DNA of 38,139 nucleotides, taken from assembly GCA_025449725.1 (NCBI GenBank), contig JANWIU010000043.1, forward strand, positions 1-38,139, given 5' to 3'. Made by a program: the position numbers and the translations under genes. Below, one piece after another: positions 26,034 to 36,546 of the stretch. Each line of letters starts with the position of its first letter. Within the stretch, counting starts at the first letter, position 1. A model generated the notes under the pieces. That model made no database searches, was not told the origin of the DNA, and was given only the letters and a program-made list of their open reading frames with translations. The stretch comes from Pseudobdellovibrio sp. (lineage in GTDB: Bacteria; Bdellovibrionota; Bdellovibrionia; Bdellovibrionales; Bdellovibrionaceae).

Positions 26034-28319
26034 CTAAACCTTTTCGAGACGGGCGTACTTAGCAACGAATTTTTTAATCGTGTTATCCTGAAAAAGCACG
26101 CTGATTTTTAAAGTATCGCCATCACCTTCGGTTGAAAAAATGGAACCAACGCCGAATGTGGGGTGGCGAACGCGCTGACCTTTTGAGTAGCCGCTTCCTT
26201 TAGATACTTGGGGAGTCACTTGGGAATAATCATCATCAAAGGAATTTTGCGAATACTCATCGAATCCGGAATTTCTGTATTTAGGAGAGCTGCTGTTGTA
26301 GTAACTGCCTTCGTTGTACGAACCTCGTTGCCCCATAAAATTCGGACGGTCCGGCATCATTGCGCCAGAACTGAACTGAGTAAACTCTTTAGGGATCTCT
26401 CGTAAAAAGCGCGAAGGAGGATTCATTTGTTCCTGACCCCAAACGCGGCGGATCTTCGTATGAGTCATCCACAGTTTTTTACGGGCGCGGGTCATGGCAA
26501 CGTAAGCTAAACGGCGCTCTTCTTCGAGGTCATTCGGATCTTCTTCGTCTCCACGCATGGAAGGGAACAGATTCTCTTCACATCCTACAATAAACACATA
26601 GGGGAATTCTAAACCTTTTGAAATATGAATGGTCATGAGGGTGATGGCGTTGGTACTGGTGTCGGCGTTATCAAGATCGGATGCCAGCGTCAGTTCTTCA
26701 AGGTAGTTTGATAGAGACGCTTCGTCTCCGCGTTCGCTTTCAAACTGCGCGATGGCGTTATCCAGCTCTTCCAAGTTGGAAATGCGGGCTTCGGCTTCTG
26801 GCGTATCTTCTTTTTTTAGAACTTCGATGTATTCCGTTTTTTGTAAAACGATCGAATAGAATTCCGAGAGTTTAAATTGTCCTTGCTGAACGGTAAAATC
26901 ATCAATCAGCTCCAGAAAGCGACGAAGCTTTCCTGTGGTGCCGGCGTTGAAGCTTCTGTCATTAATGGCATCGTGAATAGTCTGATAAAGTGATTTTTGC
27001 GCCAGCCCAGCTTTTTCTTCAAGCTGGTCCACTGTTGTTTTACCGATACCGCGCGCAGGAACATTGATGATGCGTTTTAAAGCCATATCATCGTTTAAAT
27101 TCTGAGAAAGCCGCAGATAGGAAAGAACGTCTTTTACCTCTGCACGTTCATAGAAGCGCATGCCACCGATTAAGCGGTATGGAAGAGCCAGTGAACGCAT
27201 TTGTTCTTCAAGCACGCGGGACTGCGCATTCGTACGGTAAAATACGGCGTAGTCATTCAGATTGTGTTCGCCTGAAGAGATCAGGCCTTGAATAGATTTG
27301 GCCACAAACTTGGCCTCATCATATTCGTTTCGCTCTTCGCGAATTTGAATGAGGTCGCCCTCTTCGTTATTTGTGAATAAAGTTTTTTCTTTTCTTTGCG
27401 TGTTATTGGCAATCACCTTTGTAGCGGCGTTAACAATATTGGAGGTAGAGCGGTAGTTTTATTCCAGCTTTACAACGCAGGCTTCAGGAAAGTCTTTTTC
27501 GAAATCTAAAATATTCGAAATGTCGGCTCCGCGCCAAGAATAGATGGATTGATCTTCGTCGCCTACGACACAAAGATTTCGGTGGCTCTTGGCCAGCATC
27601 TGTACCAGTAAGTACTGAATGTGATTTGTATCCTGATATTCGTCCACCATAATGTAACGAAATTTATTTTGGTACATTTCAAGAACGGCTGGGTACATCT
27701 GAAACAACAGATAAGTTTTAAGTAACAAGTCGTCGAAGTCCAAAGCGTTGGCGCGCTTCATCTCTTGTTCGTAGCGAGTGTAGACTTCAAGAGTCTTTGG
27801 ATCTGTTTTTCGGTCAGATCCTTTCGCAAGATTTTCAGGTGTGAGGCCTTTCATTTTTGCATCACTTATACGGGCCTGAAAATTTTTTGGTGGAAACATT
27901 TTATCGTTAATATTCAGTGCCGCTATGATTCTTTTAATCAATGCCAACTGATCACCGGAGTCATAAATCGTAAAAGGTTTTTTGTATTCGAGTAAGTCAA
28001 TATGTTGACGGAGTACGCGAACGCAAAAGGAGTGAAACGTATTAACCCAAAGTTCGCGCGTAACTGGAACATTCAAATCTGAAAGCAGCTTGAAAATTCT
28101 GTGCTCCATTTCTTTTGCGGCTTTATTCGTGAACGTTACGCAGAGGACTTCATCTGTTGAAGCGAATCCACTGGCAATTATGTTAGCCATGCGGTGAGTA
28201 AGCGCGCGCGTTTTGCCAGAGCCGGCGCCTGCTAAAATTAGAACCGGGCCCTCAAGTGTTTCAACCGCTTTTTTTTGCGGTGGATTGAGGTGAGCCGTTA
28301 AGTTTTCGATTGAAGTCAT
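26034..28319 (-). pseudogene. uvrD: UvrD/PcrA helicase interrupted by a single in-frame TAA (27459-27461)
   Basis: AGAGSGKT, DEYQD, VGDEDQSIYSWRG, then KLE*NYRSTSNIV continues in frame into the 460-aa ORF (YRTNAQSR, TIHISKGLEF, EEERRLAYVAMTRA, Tudor-like CTD). The read-through length would be 761 aa. Confidence 0.85.
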
Positions 28320-28386
28320 GACAAATAGATACCTAGAAATAGAGACAATTTCGAGAGAATTGTCCCTTAACGCATTGCTAGGAAAA

Positions 28387-28434
28387 CGCTGAATTTAACT
28401 AGTGCTGAAAGCGCTGAATTTAACTAGTGCTGAA
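28387..28434. repeat. 23-bp tandem direct repeat
   Basis: CGCTGAATTTAACTAGTGCTGAA at 28387-28409 and 28412-28434; the second copy includes the SPOR gene stop codon. Confidence 0.9.
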
Positions 28435-29302
28435 GACGTTGAACGATTGCTGAAGTTAACTTTGTTTTTTCAAGAAACTCTCTCTTGTAATCCTGAGCTT
28501 CTTTAATTGTGCCGAATAATCCGACATTCACGCGATACCAGATTTGACCGTTCACTTTTGCTGGAACGTAACTGGTTTTGTAGCCTTTGTTTTGAAGGCT
28601 CTTAGTTAATGTATCAGCCTCATTTTCAGTCGGGAATGAACCGATTTGAACAGTATAATGAATAGGAACCATTTCGGTAGCCGGAGGAATGCTTGCCGGA
28701 TTTCTATTTTCTGCATCAACCGGGGTCGGAGTTATCGCTACTGTATCATCAGTGCGAGTAGGAGTAACTTTCGGGGGTAATGCATTTGTATTTTTAGCAA
28801 CAACCGGTTTTGTAACCGTAGTAACAGGCTCTACTTTTTTAGGCTGTGCCACTGTGGCAGCTGTTAATGTGGTGGCCTTTGCACTTTGTACCTGGCCATT
28901 TACATGCGGCTGTTCGGGAATCGTTTTAACAACCTTTTCAGGTGGTTCAACAGTCGCAACGATACGCTCTTCTGTTGCATCTTCTTCACTGGCGAATTCT
29001 TCTGCGATTTTAGCGACTTCGGAATCAGTCAATGCCGCCGGTTTTTCGCTGGTGCCGGTTGTAACGTGAGAAGGGCTTTCAGCAGCTACTTCATTTAAGT
29101 GGCCTTCTGCTTCGGTTGCGCCGGAATCAGTCGCAAATTCTTCAGTTGCCTTAACAGACGTTTCTTTTTGAGGTTCTAACAATGCTAATTTGTGCTGATT
29201 ATCGGAATATTTTTTTCCAACGTACGTTCCGATTGAAAACGACAGCAAAGAAACAAAGAAAACCAGTGCCAGCTTGATCAGATTATCGGTTTTTTGACTC
29301 AT
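28424..29302 (-). CDS. SPOR-domain cell division/peptidoglycan-binding protein (FtsN/DedD-like)
   Basis: N-terminal TM, disordered linker, C-terminal YTVQIGSF...A..L...L..KGY...WYRVNVG.F SPOR domain. Confidence 0.88.
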   Translation of the reverse strand: MSQKTDNLIKLALVFFVSLLSFSIGTYVGKKYSDNQHKLALLEPQKETSVKATEEFATDSGATEAEGHLNEVAAESPSHVTTGTSEKPAALTDSEVAKIAEEFASEEDATEERIVATVEPPEKVVKTIPEQPHVNGQVQSAKATTLTAATVAQPKKVEPVTTVTKPVVAKNTNALPPKVTPTRTDDTVAITPTPVDAENRNPASIPPATEMVPIHYTVQIGSFPTENEADTLTKSLQNKGYKTSYVPAKVNGQIWYRVNVGLFGTIKEAQDYKREFLEKTKLTSAIVQRLQH

Positions 29303-29393
29303 AAGGACCTCACAAGATTTATAAAATAATCTATAGTACTATTACATAGTGTAACCTATAGACAAAAAAATGGTCAATTCGGGGTAAAAATTT

Positions 29394-30194
29394 ATGACAA
29401 AGTCCAGGTATGAAGCCGCTTTAGAGGCCGTAGATTTAGGCCAAGCCTGTTTATTGGGATATTTTGGAAAAATTCACCATATAGAAGAGAAGGAAAAGGC
29501 TGGTCTAGTCAGTGAAGCAGATCGGGAAAGCGAAGCGATCATTCAAGGTCATCTGGCCAAATGCTGCCCTGACGTGGGTTTTCTGGGGGAAGAGTCCAGC
29601 TTTTTAGAAAATCAGGAATTAGTGAAAAACTATAAAGGTGCTCGCTGGATTTTGGATCCATTGGACGGGACAACGAACTTCATTCACAAATTCCCGATAT
29701 TTTGTATTTCACTGGCTCTGGAAGTTGATGGGATTATTGAGATCGGAATCATTGATATGCCGGTGTTGAAACAACGATGGACGGCTGAGCGCGGAAAGGG
29801 TGCGTTCTGTAACGGCCAACCGGTAAAGGTTTCAAACACAACAGAGTTTTCTAAATCACTTTTGGCTACAGGATTTTCTGCGGTCGAACCTGAATTTATG
29901 GCCGATCAAATTTCAATATTTTCTGAGCTGGTAAAAGTAGCGCGCGGAGTTCGTCGGGCGGGTGCAGCCGCTTATGATATGGCGTTGGTTTCTTCGGGGG
30001 TTTTTGATCTATTCTGGGAAAAAGAATTAAAGCCGTGGGATACAGCTGCAGGGAAAATTTTAGTGGAAGAAGCCGGGGGAAGTGTTCGCACTTACAGAGG
30101 GGAAATTCACAATCCGTTCGATAGAACGGTAGTGGCCGGTAACCCGGTATTGGTAGAAAAATTTCTTAATAAAATTAAGTCGCTGAAGATCTGA
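29394..30194 (+). CDS. suhB: Inositol monophosphatase family protein SuhB
   Basis: LVSEAD, LGEE, WILDPLDGTTNF, RRAGAAAYD, WDTAAG. Confidence 0.9.
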   Translation: MTKSRYEAALEAVDLGQACLLGYFGKIHHIEEKEKAGLVSEADRESEAIIQGHLAKCCPDVGFLGEESSFLENQELVKNYKGARWILDPLDGTTNFIHKFPIFCISLALEVDGIIEIGIIDMPVLKQRWTAERGKGAFCNGQPVKVSNTTEFSKSLLATGFSAVEPEFMADQISIFSELVKVARGVRRAGAAAYDMALVSSGVFDLFWEKELKPWDTAAGKILVEEAGGSVRTYRGEIHNPFDRTVVAGNPVLVEKFLNKIKSLKI

Positions 30195-30222
30195 TATTTG
30201 ATTCGCTTACGCTCAATAATAT

Positions 30223-30735
30223 TCAGTTCGGTTTCAGGGAATCAGAAGCCTTTTTCAAATTGGAATCTTCACTGTCAGGGCCGCTGGCAGAAAAAATAAT
30301 TCGCGCTTCCGGACCGTCAAAAATTGATGTGTAAAATTTCATTTTATTTCCGGTCGCGACCATCTCTAGTCTGCGGTACGGATGCTGTCTGAAAATTTTG
30401 TGAACATCAATATTAGAATTTTCCGTCCGGTACTTTTTTACCAGATCGCGGGCGGTATCATCGATAACAGTTGGCGGGCGGACTTGGAGCATTTTTTTAC
30501 CGGCTTCAGTGAATACAATTTGTGACAAAGAATAAGTTGATCCGGCGAAATCGCATTTGTACATTCGTTCAGTTTGATTTTCATTTTTACTGACTAAAAC
30601 ATTGTTTGCTGAGCACGGAAAGCTGCCGGTAAAAAACTTATCAGCAGTTTGAAAACTTTTCCAGGTTCCAACGTCGGCCATGAGAAGTCCTGAAACCAGG
30701 ATGACTAAAACAGAAAGTCTTATCATTTTTTTCAC
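30223..30735 (-). CDS. Hypothetical secreted protein
   Basis: GTG start with GAG-containing RBS, signal peptide, 170 aa, two Cys. Confidence 0.65.
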   Translation of the reverse strand: MKKMIRLSVLVILVSGLLMADVGTWKSFQTADKFFTGSFPCSANNVLVSKNENQTERMYKCDFAGSTYSLSQIVFTEAGKKMLQVRPPTVIDDTARDLVKKYRTENSNIDVHKIFRQHPYRRLEMVATGNKMKFYTSIFDGPEARIIFSASGPDSEDSNLKKASDSLKPN

Positions 30736-30786
30736 CTCTTTTTATTAATTTACCTCGTGTCCGTCCAAGACTCAAATGGCTTTCGT

Positions 30787-30838
30787 CTAGTCCAGTTACC
30801 GACAAAATACTAACAGGACTAGTCAACTTTACTGACTA
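30787..30838. promoter_or_regulatory. Putative enhancer-binding protein (FleQ/FlrA-like) sites
   Basis: GTC-N8-GAC (30790-30803) and TAGTCA-N7-TGACTA (30820-30838), 80-130 bp upstream of a sigma54 promoter. Confidence 0.45.
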
Positions 30839-30919
30839 ATTTTTCCTAGACCAGAATGCAGGGATTCATTTTTTTGACGTACAGAATGAAATTTCTCACT
30901 CTCAGGACCTAAGTTGATA

Positions 30920-30935
30920 TGGCACTAGTGTTGCT
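30920..30935 (+). promoter_or_regulatory. sigma54 (RpoN) -24/-12 promoter of the fliL operon
   Basis: TGGCAC-TAGTG-TTGCT, a perfect match to TGGCAC-N5-TTGCW. Confidence 0.85.
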
Positions 30936-31003
30936 TTGTTAGAGATCGGATAGAAGTGTTTTTTGCATTTCGGTAATAACGGTTCATTTTTTTTGGAGGA
31001 AAA

Positions 31004-31537
31004 TTGGCTGAAGATAAAGCATCACAGACAGAGCCCGCAGCAGCCTCATCCGGTTCATCAGGTTCAAAACCATTCCTGCTCATTGGTCTAGTTGTACTTA
31101 ACATGGTCGTAGTGGCGTTTGTTGGTTACATGATTTGGAAAGGCCGTAAAATCGAGGAAGCTAAGCCCGGCATTGAAAAAGCAATTGAAGGTGAAAACCA
31201 AACTCAGGCTGAAGAGCAAGCGGCACCTGAAGATGTAGGTAAAGTTATTCCTTTAGAAACTTTTGTTGTTAATTTAGCCGGATCAAAGGGCCGCAAGGTC
31301 TTAAAAGTGAATATGGAGCTCGAAGTAAAGGGTCTTGAGGTTGAGCGTGAAATTGAAAGCCGCAAAGCCCAAATCCGCGATTTCATTATCATTATTCTTT
31401 CCAGCAAGAGCTACGAAGAAGTTTCTGTTAAAGACGGCCGTGAATCCCTGAAGACTGAGATTAAGGACAATATTAATTCGTTCTTAAGCAAGGGCAAGAT
31501 CATGAACGTTTATATTACTGAGTTTATTTATAATTAG
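31004..31537 (+). CDS. fliL: Flagellar basal body-associated protein FliL
   Basis: TTG start after GGAGG; TM helix; LETFVVNL, QIRD.II..LSSK, VYITEFIYN. Confidence 0.93.
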   Translation: MAEDKASQTEPAAASSGSSGSKPFLLIGLVVLNMVVVAFVGYMIWKGRKIEEAKPGIEKAIEGENQTQAEEQAAPEDVGKVIPLETFVVNLAGSKGRKVLKVNMELEVKGLEVEREIESRKAQIRDFIIIILSSKSYEEVSVKDGRESLKTEIKDNINSFLSKGKIMNVYITEFIYN

Positions 31538-31579
31538 TTTGTCGGCGCTGAAAGCGCGTTTGTAAAAGAAGGAGCACGA

Positions 31580-32593
31580 ATGAATCAAATTTTGTCCCAA
31601 AGTGAAGTTGATGCCCTCCTGGCAGCGGTCACAGAAGGCGATGTGCCTGCGGGTGGGGCCGGTAGTGGCCAAGGTGGCGGCGGCAACATTAAAAATTTGA
31701 ATCAAAACGACAAGAACGTTATCTCTTACGATTTAACGAGTCAGGATCGTATTATCCGTGGCCGACTTCCGCAACTGGAAGTTATCTACGAAAAATTTAT
31801 GCGTTCTTTCCGCGTTTCGTTATCTGCGGCTTTACGTAAGATTGCATCGATTACTTTAACATCTACTGAATTTTTAAAATTCGGTGAGTTTATCAATACT
31901 TTACCAATCCCAACTTGCATGAGCGTTCTGCGTTTCAATAATCTTCGCGGTTCTGCGATTTTTGTTATCGAAGCGAAGTTAGCCTATGCACTGGTGGATT
32001 CATTCTTCGGTGGTGCGGACCGTCCTTACGCAAAGATTGACGGTAAGGAGTTCACACCAATCGAACTTCAAATTGTTAAAAAAGTTGTGGAATTGGCGAT
32101 CAATGACCTGGAAATTTCTTGGTCAACTATTGAAAAAATCGATTGTTCGTTTCAGCGTACTGAAATCAATCCTCAGTTCGTGGGTATCGTGCCGCCAACA
32201 GATGTCGTTATTGCATCGACATTTGACGTAGAATTAGAGCAGGCTTCCGGAACAATCGCGATTGTTATTCCTTATTCAACGATTGAGCCGATCAAACAAA
32301 AGTTATCTACCGGTTTCCAGGTGGAGTCGGATCAAACAGATAAGAAGCTTTGGACATCTATTATTAAAGAACAGCTTTTAGAAACTGACGTTGATATCAA
32401 AGTAAACTTAGGTGAGACAGAAGTGAAATTAAGAGATCTGATGAACTTGAAAGTCGGCGACGTCATTCCTTTGACTCAGGACTCTTCTGGTGAGCTGGAT
32501 GTTCAAGTTGAAAATGTAAAAAAATTTAAAGGTTACTACGGCGTGCATCACGGTACGGTAGCCATGCAAATCACAAGACAAATAGAAAAGTAG
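31580..32593 (+). CDS. fliM: Flagellar motor switch protein FliM
   Basis: [11 protein letters not shown] CheY-binding peptide, FFGG, EINPQF, LKVGDVI. Confidence 0.97.
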   Translation: MNQILSQSEVDALLAAVTEGDVPAGGAGSGQGGGGNIKNLNQNDKNVISYDLTSQDRIIRGRLPQLEVIYEKFMRSFRVSLSAALRKIASITLTSTEFLKFGEFINTLPIPTCMSVLRFNNLRGSAIFVIEAKLAYALVDSFFGGADRPYAKIDGKEFTPIELQIVKKVVELAINDLEISWSTIEKIDCSFQRTEINPQFVGIVPPTDVVIASTFDVELEQASGTIAIVIPYSTIEPIKQKLSTGFQVESDQTDKKLWTSIIKEQLLETDVDIKVNLGETEVKLRDLMNLKVGDVIPLTQDSSGELDVQVENVKKFKGYYGVHHGTVAMQITRQIEK

Positions 32594-32603
32594 GGAGATT
32601 TAT

Positions 32604-32978
32604 ATGTCTAATGATCCAATGGATAAGATTGCGGACCAGTTAAACGAACTCAGCGAAGGAATGGAATCCTCGTCAGCGGGCAGCTCTGGCCGTGTTGGCG
32701 GTGGTGGCGGTGTTAAAGACCGTAACCTGGATTTAATTTTAGATATTCCACTGAAAGTAACGGTGGAGCTAGGCCGTACAAAAATGCCGGTCAGTGAATT
32801 ACTGAATTTAACTCAGGGCTCAGTTATTGAGTTGGCTAAGTTAGCCGGTGAACCGATGGAAGTTTTAGTTAATGACAAGCTCATCGCCCGCGGCGAGGCC
32901 GTTGTGGTGAATGAAAAGTTTGGTGTTCGTTTGACGGATATCATTTCTCCATCTGAAAGAATTGAGCAATTAAAATGA
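32604..32978 (+). CDS. fliN: Flagellar motor switch protein FliN
   Basis: [36 protein letters not shown]. Confidence 0.97.
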   Translation: MSNDPMDKIADQLNELSEGMESSSAGSSGRVGGGGGVKDRNLDLILDIPLKVTVELGRTKMPVSELLNLTQGSVIELAKLAGEPMEVLVNDKLIARGEAVVVNEKFGVRLTDIISPSERIEQLK

Positions 32979-33631
32979 TGAAATCGTTTTTGATCGCTTC
33001 TTTTTTAATAGTCCAAACAGCATTTGCGGCGGGTGTACAATCCGAAACGCTGGCTGAGGCGAAGGCCGTGGCTTCTCCCGCTACGACCGAAGCGTCAGTT
33101 GCGCCGGCTGTAAAATTAGCTGAAGACCAAATTCCGCTGACTATCGAAACGGCAAAGAAGCCAACTGAGGGCGGATCGACAACAGCGAAGGCATTAATGT
33201 CGATGGCTATTGTGTTGATCTTAACCGGCAGCGGATTTTATTTTGTAAGACGCTATAAATTTTCAAACACGATCAATAAATCGAATATGCAGATCAAAGT
33301 ATTGTCTCAACATTACTTGGGTCCTAAAAAGAGTCTGGCCATTATTCATGTTGCGGGCGAATCGATTTTAGTTGGCGTAACGGATCACAATATTTCAATG
33401 ATTAAATCATTGTCGTTAATCGATGATGAGGTTCCTGCGGCACTTCCAAATAATTTCGGCCAAACTATGGCGAAGGTTGAAGAAGGTTCAGCAGACACAA
33501 TTCCGACTAAACCCGGCGCAGGACAAGGTTCTGCAGCAACAGTTCCGGTAGAATTAGATGAAGAATTTTCTTTTACTAACGTAACTGAAACAGTTAGCAA
33601 GAAACTGAGATCAATGCGGAGTTTTTCGTGA
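32975..33631 (+). CDS. fliO: Flagellar biosynthesis protein FliO
   Basis: TM followed by [18 protein letters not shown]...ILVGVT; lies between fliN and fliP. Confidence 0.88.
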   Translation: MMKSFLIASFLIVQTAFAAGVQSETLAEAKAVASPATTEASVAPAVKLAEDQIPLTIETAKKPTEGGSTTAKALMSMAIVLILTGSGFYFVRRYKFSNTINKSNMQIKVLSQHYLGPKKSLAIIHVAGESILVGVTDHNISMIKSLSLIDDEVPAALPNNFGQTMAKVEEGSADTIPTKPGAGQGSAATVPVELDEEFSFTNVTETVSKKLRSMRSFS

Positions 33632-34371
33632 AATTTATTAAATGGTTCGCACCACTATTGGTTTTGGTAGCCGGTTCATTTGCATTTGCGCAAGTAACAC
33701 TGCCAACAGTTAATATGGGGTTTAAGACGACACAGAATCCGACCGAAGTGGTTAATGCAGTTAAGATGGTTTTGGTTTTGACAGTTTTAACTTTGGCGCC
33801 GGCCATTTTAATCATGATGACGGGTTTTACCCGCATTTTGATTGTTCTTTCATTCTTACGCCAGGCAATGGGCGTTCAGCAACTGCCGCCAAACCAGCTT
33901 CTGGTGGGGCTTTCATTGTTTTTAACATTTTTTGTCATGGGCCCGGCTTTTACAGAAATTAACCAAAAAGCCGTGCAACCGTATCTTAGTGGTAATCTAA
34001 GCCAGGATTTGGCGATAGATAATGCCCTGGCGCCACTGCGCCGTTTTATGTTTACGCAGACGCGTGATCAGGATTTAGGACTATTTGTAAAATTAGCAAA
34101 AATTTCACAACCGAAAACACGTGCAGACGTGCCAACAATCGTTTTGGTTCCCGCTTTTATTGTATCTGAACTGAAAACTTCCTTCATGATCGGATTTATC
34201 ATTTTCTTACCTTTTTTAATAATCGATATCCTCGCGGCGAGTGTCTTAATGGCGATGGGTATGATGATGGTCCCGCCGATCGTAATCTCGCTTCCATTTA
34301 AAATTATGCTTTTTGTTCTGGTTGACGGCTGGTCGCTGTTGATCGGCTCAATGGTTAAGAGCTTTGGGTAA
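33628..34371 (+). CDS. fliP: Flagellar export pore protein FliP
   Basis: TGFTRILIVL, PPNQLL, PAFIVSELK, GMMMVPP, LFVLVDGW. Confidence 0.98.
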   Translation: MKFIKWFAPLLVLVAGSFAFAQVTLPTVNMGFKTTQNPTEVVNAVKMVLVLTVLTLAPAILIMMTGFTRILIVLSFLRQAMGVQQLPPNQLLVGLSLFLTFFVMGPAFTEINQKAVQPYLSGNLSQDLAIDNALAPLRRFMFTQTRDQDLGLFVKLAKISQPKTRADVPTIVLVPAFIVSELKTSFMIGFIIFLPFLIIDILAASVLMAMGMMMVPPIVISLPFKIMLFVLVDGWSLLIGSMVKSFG

Positions 34372-34381
34372 GGGGTAAAGA

Positions 34382-34657
34382 GTGAGCGAAGAAGTTGTCA
34401 TACATTTAGGTCAGGACGCACTACGAACGCTGGCGCTTTTGTCAGCCCCGTTGCTTTTGAGCACACTGGTTGTGGGTCTTATTATCAGTATTTTTCAGGC
34501 GTTGACTCAGATCAATGAGAATACCCTGACATTCGTTCCTAAAATGGTGGTGATCGCCATCATTATTACATTAGGCGGCTCTTGGATGCTGGATGTAATG
34601 AGTTCGTACACGATTAACCTGTTCGAAAACATCGCCACCGTGGTGAGAGGACCGTAG
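34382..34657 (+). CDS. fliQ: Flagellar export protein FliQ
   Basis: FQALTQINENTLTFVPK. Confidence 0.97.
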   Translation: MSEEVVIHLGQDALRTLALLSAPLLLSTLVVGLIISIFQALTQINENTLTFVPKMVVIAIIITLGGSWMLDVMSSYTINLFENIATVVRGP

Positions 34658-35442
34658 TGATTAATTTTTCGCAGCTGAATGAAATGCAGATTTTAGCTTT
34701 CGCCCTGATTCTACTCAGGATGTCGGCTTTTACTGTTTCTGGCGCGATTTTCAATTCTACTTCTATTTCTGCACCGTTAAAGATTTTAATGTCGGTTGTT
34801 TTTACTCTCGCGGTTTTTAACCCGATCGCAACGAATGAAGTTCTGGTGAGAATCAAAGAAAGCCAGGCGGATCTACTGATGTTGGCGGGACGCGAAGTTT
34901 TAATCGGAATTTCTTTGGGGTTTGTTACACGTTTGTTTTTCTTCGCCATTGCTATGGCGGGGGAAATTGTTTCGATCGCGATGGGCCTAGGGCAGGCGCA
35001 GATGTTTAATCCGATGATGGGTTCAATGGGCAATGCCATGGAACAATTTTATGGGGTAATCGGCACATTGGTTTTTTTAGCGTTTAACGGACATCACTTC
35101 ATGATTCAAGGTGTGGTTGAAAGCTTTACTTCGGCTCCGTTAGCCGTTGCTAGTTTTCACGTCGCAACACTGGCTGAGATGGTTTATAAAGTTCAGGAAT
35201 TTTTTATTATCGGAATTAAAATTGCGGCACCATTATTGATTTCGATGACAATCGTACAGTTCGGTATCGCGCTTTTAAGCCGGGTAGTTCCGCAGATTAA
35301 TGTGTTGGTAACGACAGCTTCTTTAACTGTGGTTTTGGGATTTGTGATTATGTTTATCAGCTTACCGCTTTTGGTTATGCAGATGAACGGTATGCTGATG
35401 TTTTCAATGGATGAATTTTTTAAATTCATAAAGGCGATATAG
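34657..35442 (+). CDS. fliR: Flagellar export protein FliR
   Basis: Hydrophobic; EVLIG, AGE, NGHH, RVVPQINV. Confidence 0.95.
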   Translation: MINFSQLNEMQILAFALILLRMSAFTVSGAIFNSTSISAPLKILMSVVFTLAVFNPIATNEVLVRIKESQADLLMLAGREVLIGISLGFVTRLFFFAIAMAGEIVSIAMGLGQAQMFNPMMGSMGNAMEQFYGVIGTLVFLAFNGHHFMIQGVVESFTSAPLAVASFHVATLAEMVYKVQEFFIIGIKIAAPLLISMTIVQFGIALLSRVVPQINVLVTTASLTVVLGFVIMFISLPLLVMQMNGMLMFSMDEFFKFIKAI

Positions 35443-35445
35443 GTA

Positions 35446-36546
35446 ATGGCTGAAGATCAGGGCGAACGAACAGAAGAAGCAACGGAACAGCGGCGGGAAG
35501 ATTTCCGTAAACGCGGCCAAGTTCCTATGACACGTGAATTAAGCACGGCTGTCTTCTTTTTGGCTGCAGCCGGTATGATGTATATGGCTTCCCGATATTT
35601 TTTAACAAATGTTGTAGAGATGTTTGGACGGACAATGGGTCCGGAAATGATTTCTGCAGTTAAAAACGAAAAAATCACAAAGGTTTTAACGTTTGTCGGA
35701 TACAAGTTGTTAATTCTTGTAAGTCCAATCTTTTTGATTGCAATGGTGATCGGGGTCGTTTCTCAAGTGCTACAGACCGGTTTATTACAGGTTGAAAATG
35801 CTTTGAACCCGGACATTAACAAAATGAATCCGTTAAATGCACTGGGCAGAATCTTTTCAATGAAAGGATTCGTTGAGCTCTGCAAATCAATGCTGAAGCT
35901 TATGGTTATCAGTGGCATTTTGTATATGCTGTTGAAAGGTGAAATTAATAAAATTCCTTACCTCTCGGCTTTAAGTGTTGAGCAAATTTTAACGTATCTG
36001 GGTATGGTCATTTTCAAACTGTTGATGACGGTCGGGATCTTCATGCTGATTCTTTCTGTGGGCGATTACTTCTTTCAACGCTGGCAGCTTGAAAAAGAAA
36101 TGATGATGACCAAGCAGGAAGTTAAAGAAGAACACAAATCCCGCGAGGGTGATCCTTTGATTAAAGCCCGAATCCGCAAAGTTCAGCGTGAAATCGCGAC
36201 TCGTAAAATGATGAGCGAAGTCCCTAAAGGTGACGTGGTTATCACGAATCCGACACATATTGCCTGCGTCTTAAAATATTCAGATAAACTTCCGGCGCCG
36301 CAGTTGATTGCTAAAGGCGCGGATCATATGGCAGAAAAGATCAAGCAAATCGCCCGTGATAATAACATTCCCATTATTGAAAATAAACCTCTGGCGAGAA
36401 CCATTTTTAAAACAATGAAAATCGGGCAGGTTATTCCGCGTGAGCTTTTTGTGGCCGTAGCGGAAGTCCTTTCTTATGTTTACCGGTTACGTCGTAAGAA
36501 GAAGAAAAACAACAGCACAAATGTGCAAGCTGAGCGAGGCTTATAA
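35446..36546 (+). CDS. flhB: Flagellar export protein FlhB
   Basis: RTEEAT, MTKQEVKEE...EGDP, NPTH autocleavage motif, AVAEVLSYVY. Confidence 0.98.
   Translation: MAEDQGERTEEATEQRREDFRKRGQVPMTRELSTAVFFLAAAGMMYMASRYFLTNVVEMFGRTMGPEMISAVKNEKITKVLTFVGYKLLILVSPIFLIAMVIGVVSQVLQTGLLQVENALNPDINKMNPLNALGRIFSMKGFVELCKSMLKLMVISGILYMLLKGEINKIPYLSALSVEQILTYLGMVIFKLLMTVGIFMLILSVGDYFFQRWQLEKEMMMTKQEVKEEHKSREGDPLIKARIRKVQREIATRKMMSEVPKGDVVITNPTHIACVLKYSDKLPAPQLIAKGADHMAEKIKQIARDNNIPIIENKPLARTIFKTMKIGQVIPRELFVAVAEVLSYVYRLRRKKKKNNSTNVQAERGL

Noticed and set aside
26034-27416. Independent 460-aa helicase gene, or programmed frameshift/genetic-code change
   Set aside because: In frame with the upstream half, so there is no frameshift. 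The split falls inside motif IV, and TAA terminates many intact genes in this window.
28387-28434. Mini CRISPR array
   Set aside because: Only two repeats with a 2-nt gap, no spacer-length sequence and no cas genes.
30195-30222. REP-like remnant (TTCGCTTACGCTCA) between suhB and the convergent gene
   Set aside because: Too short, single copy in the window, weak stem; cannot be supported.
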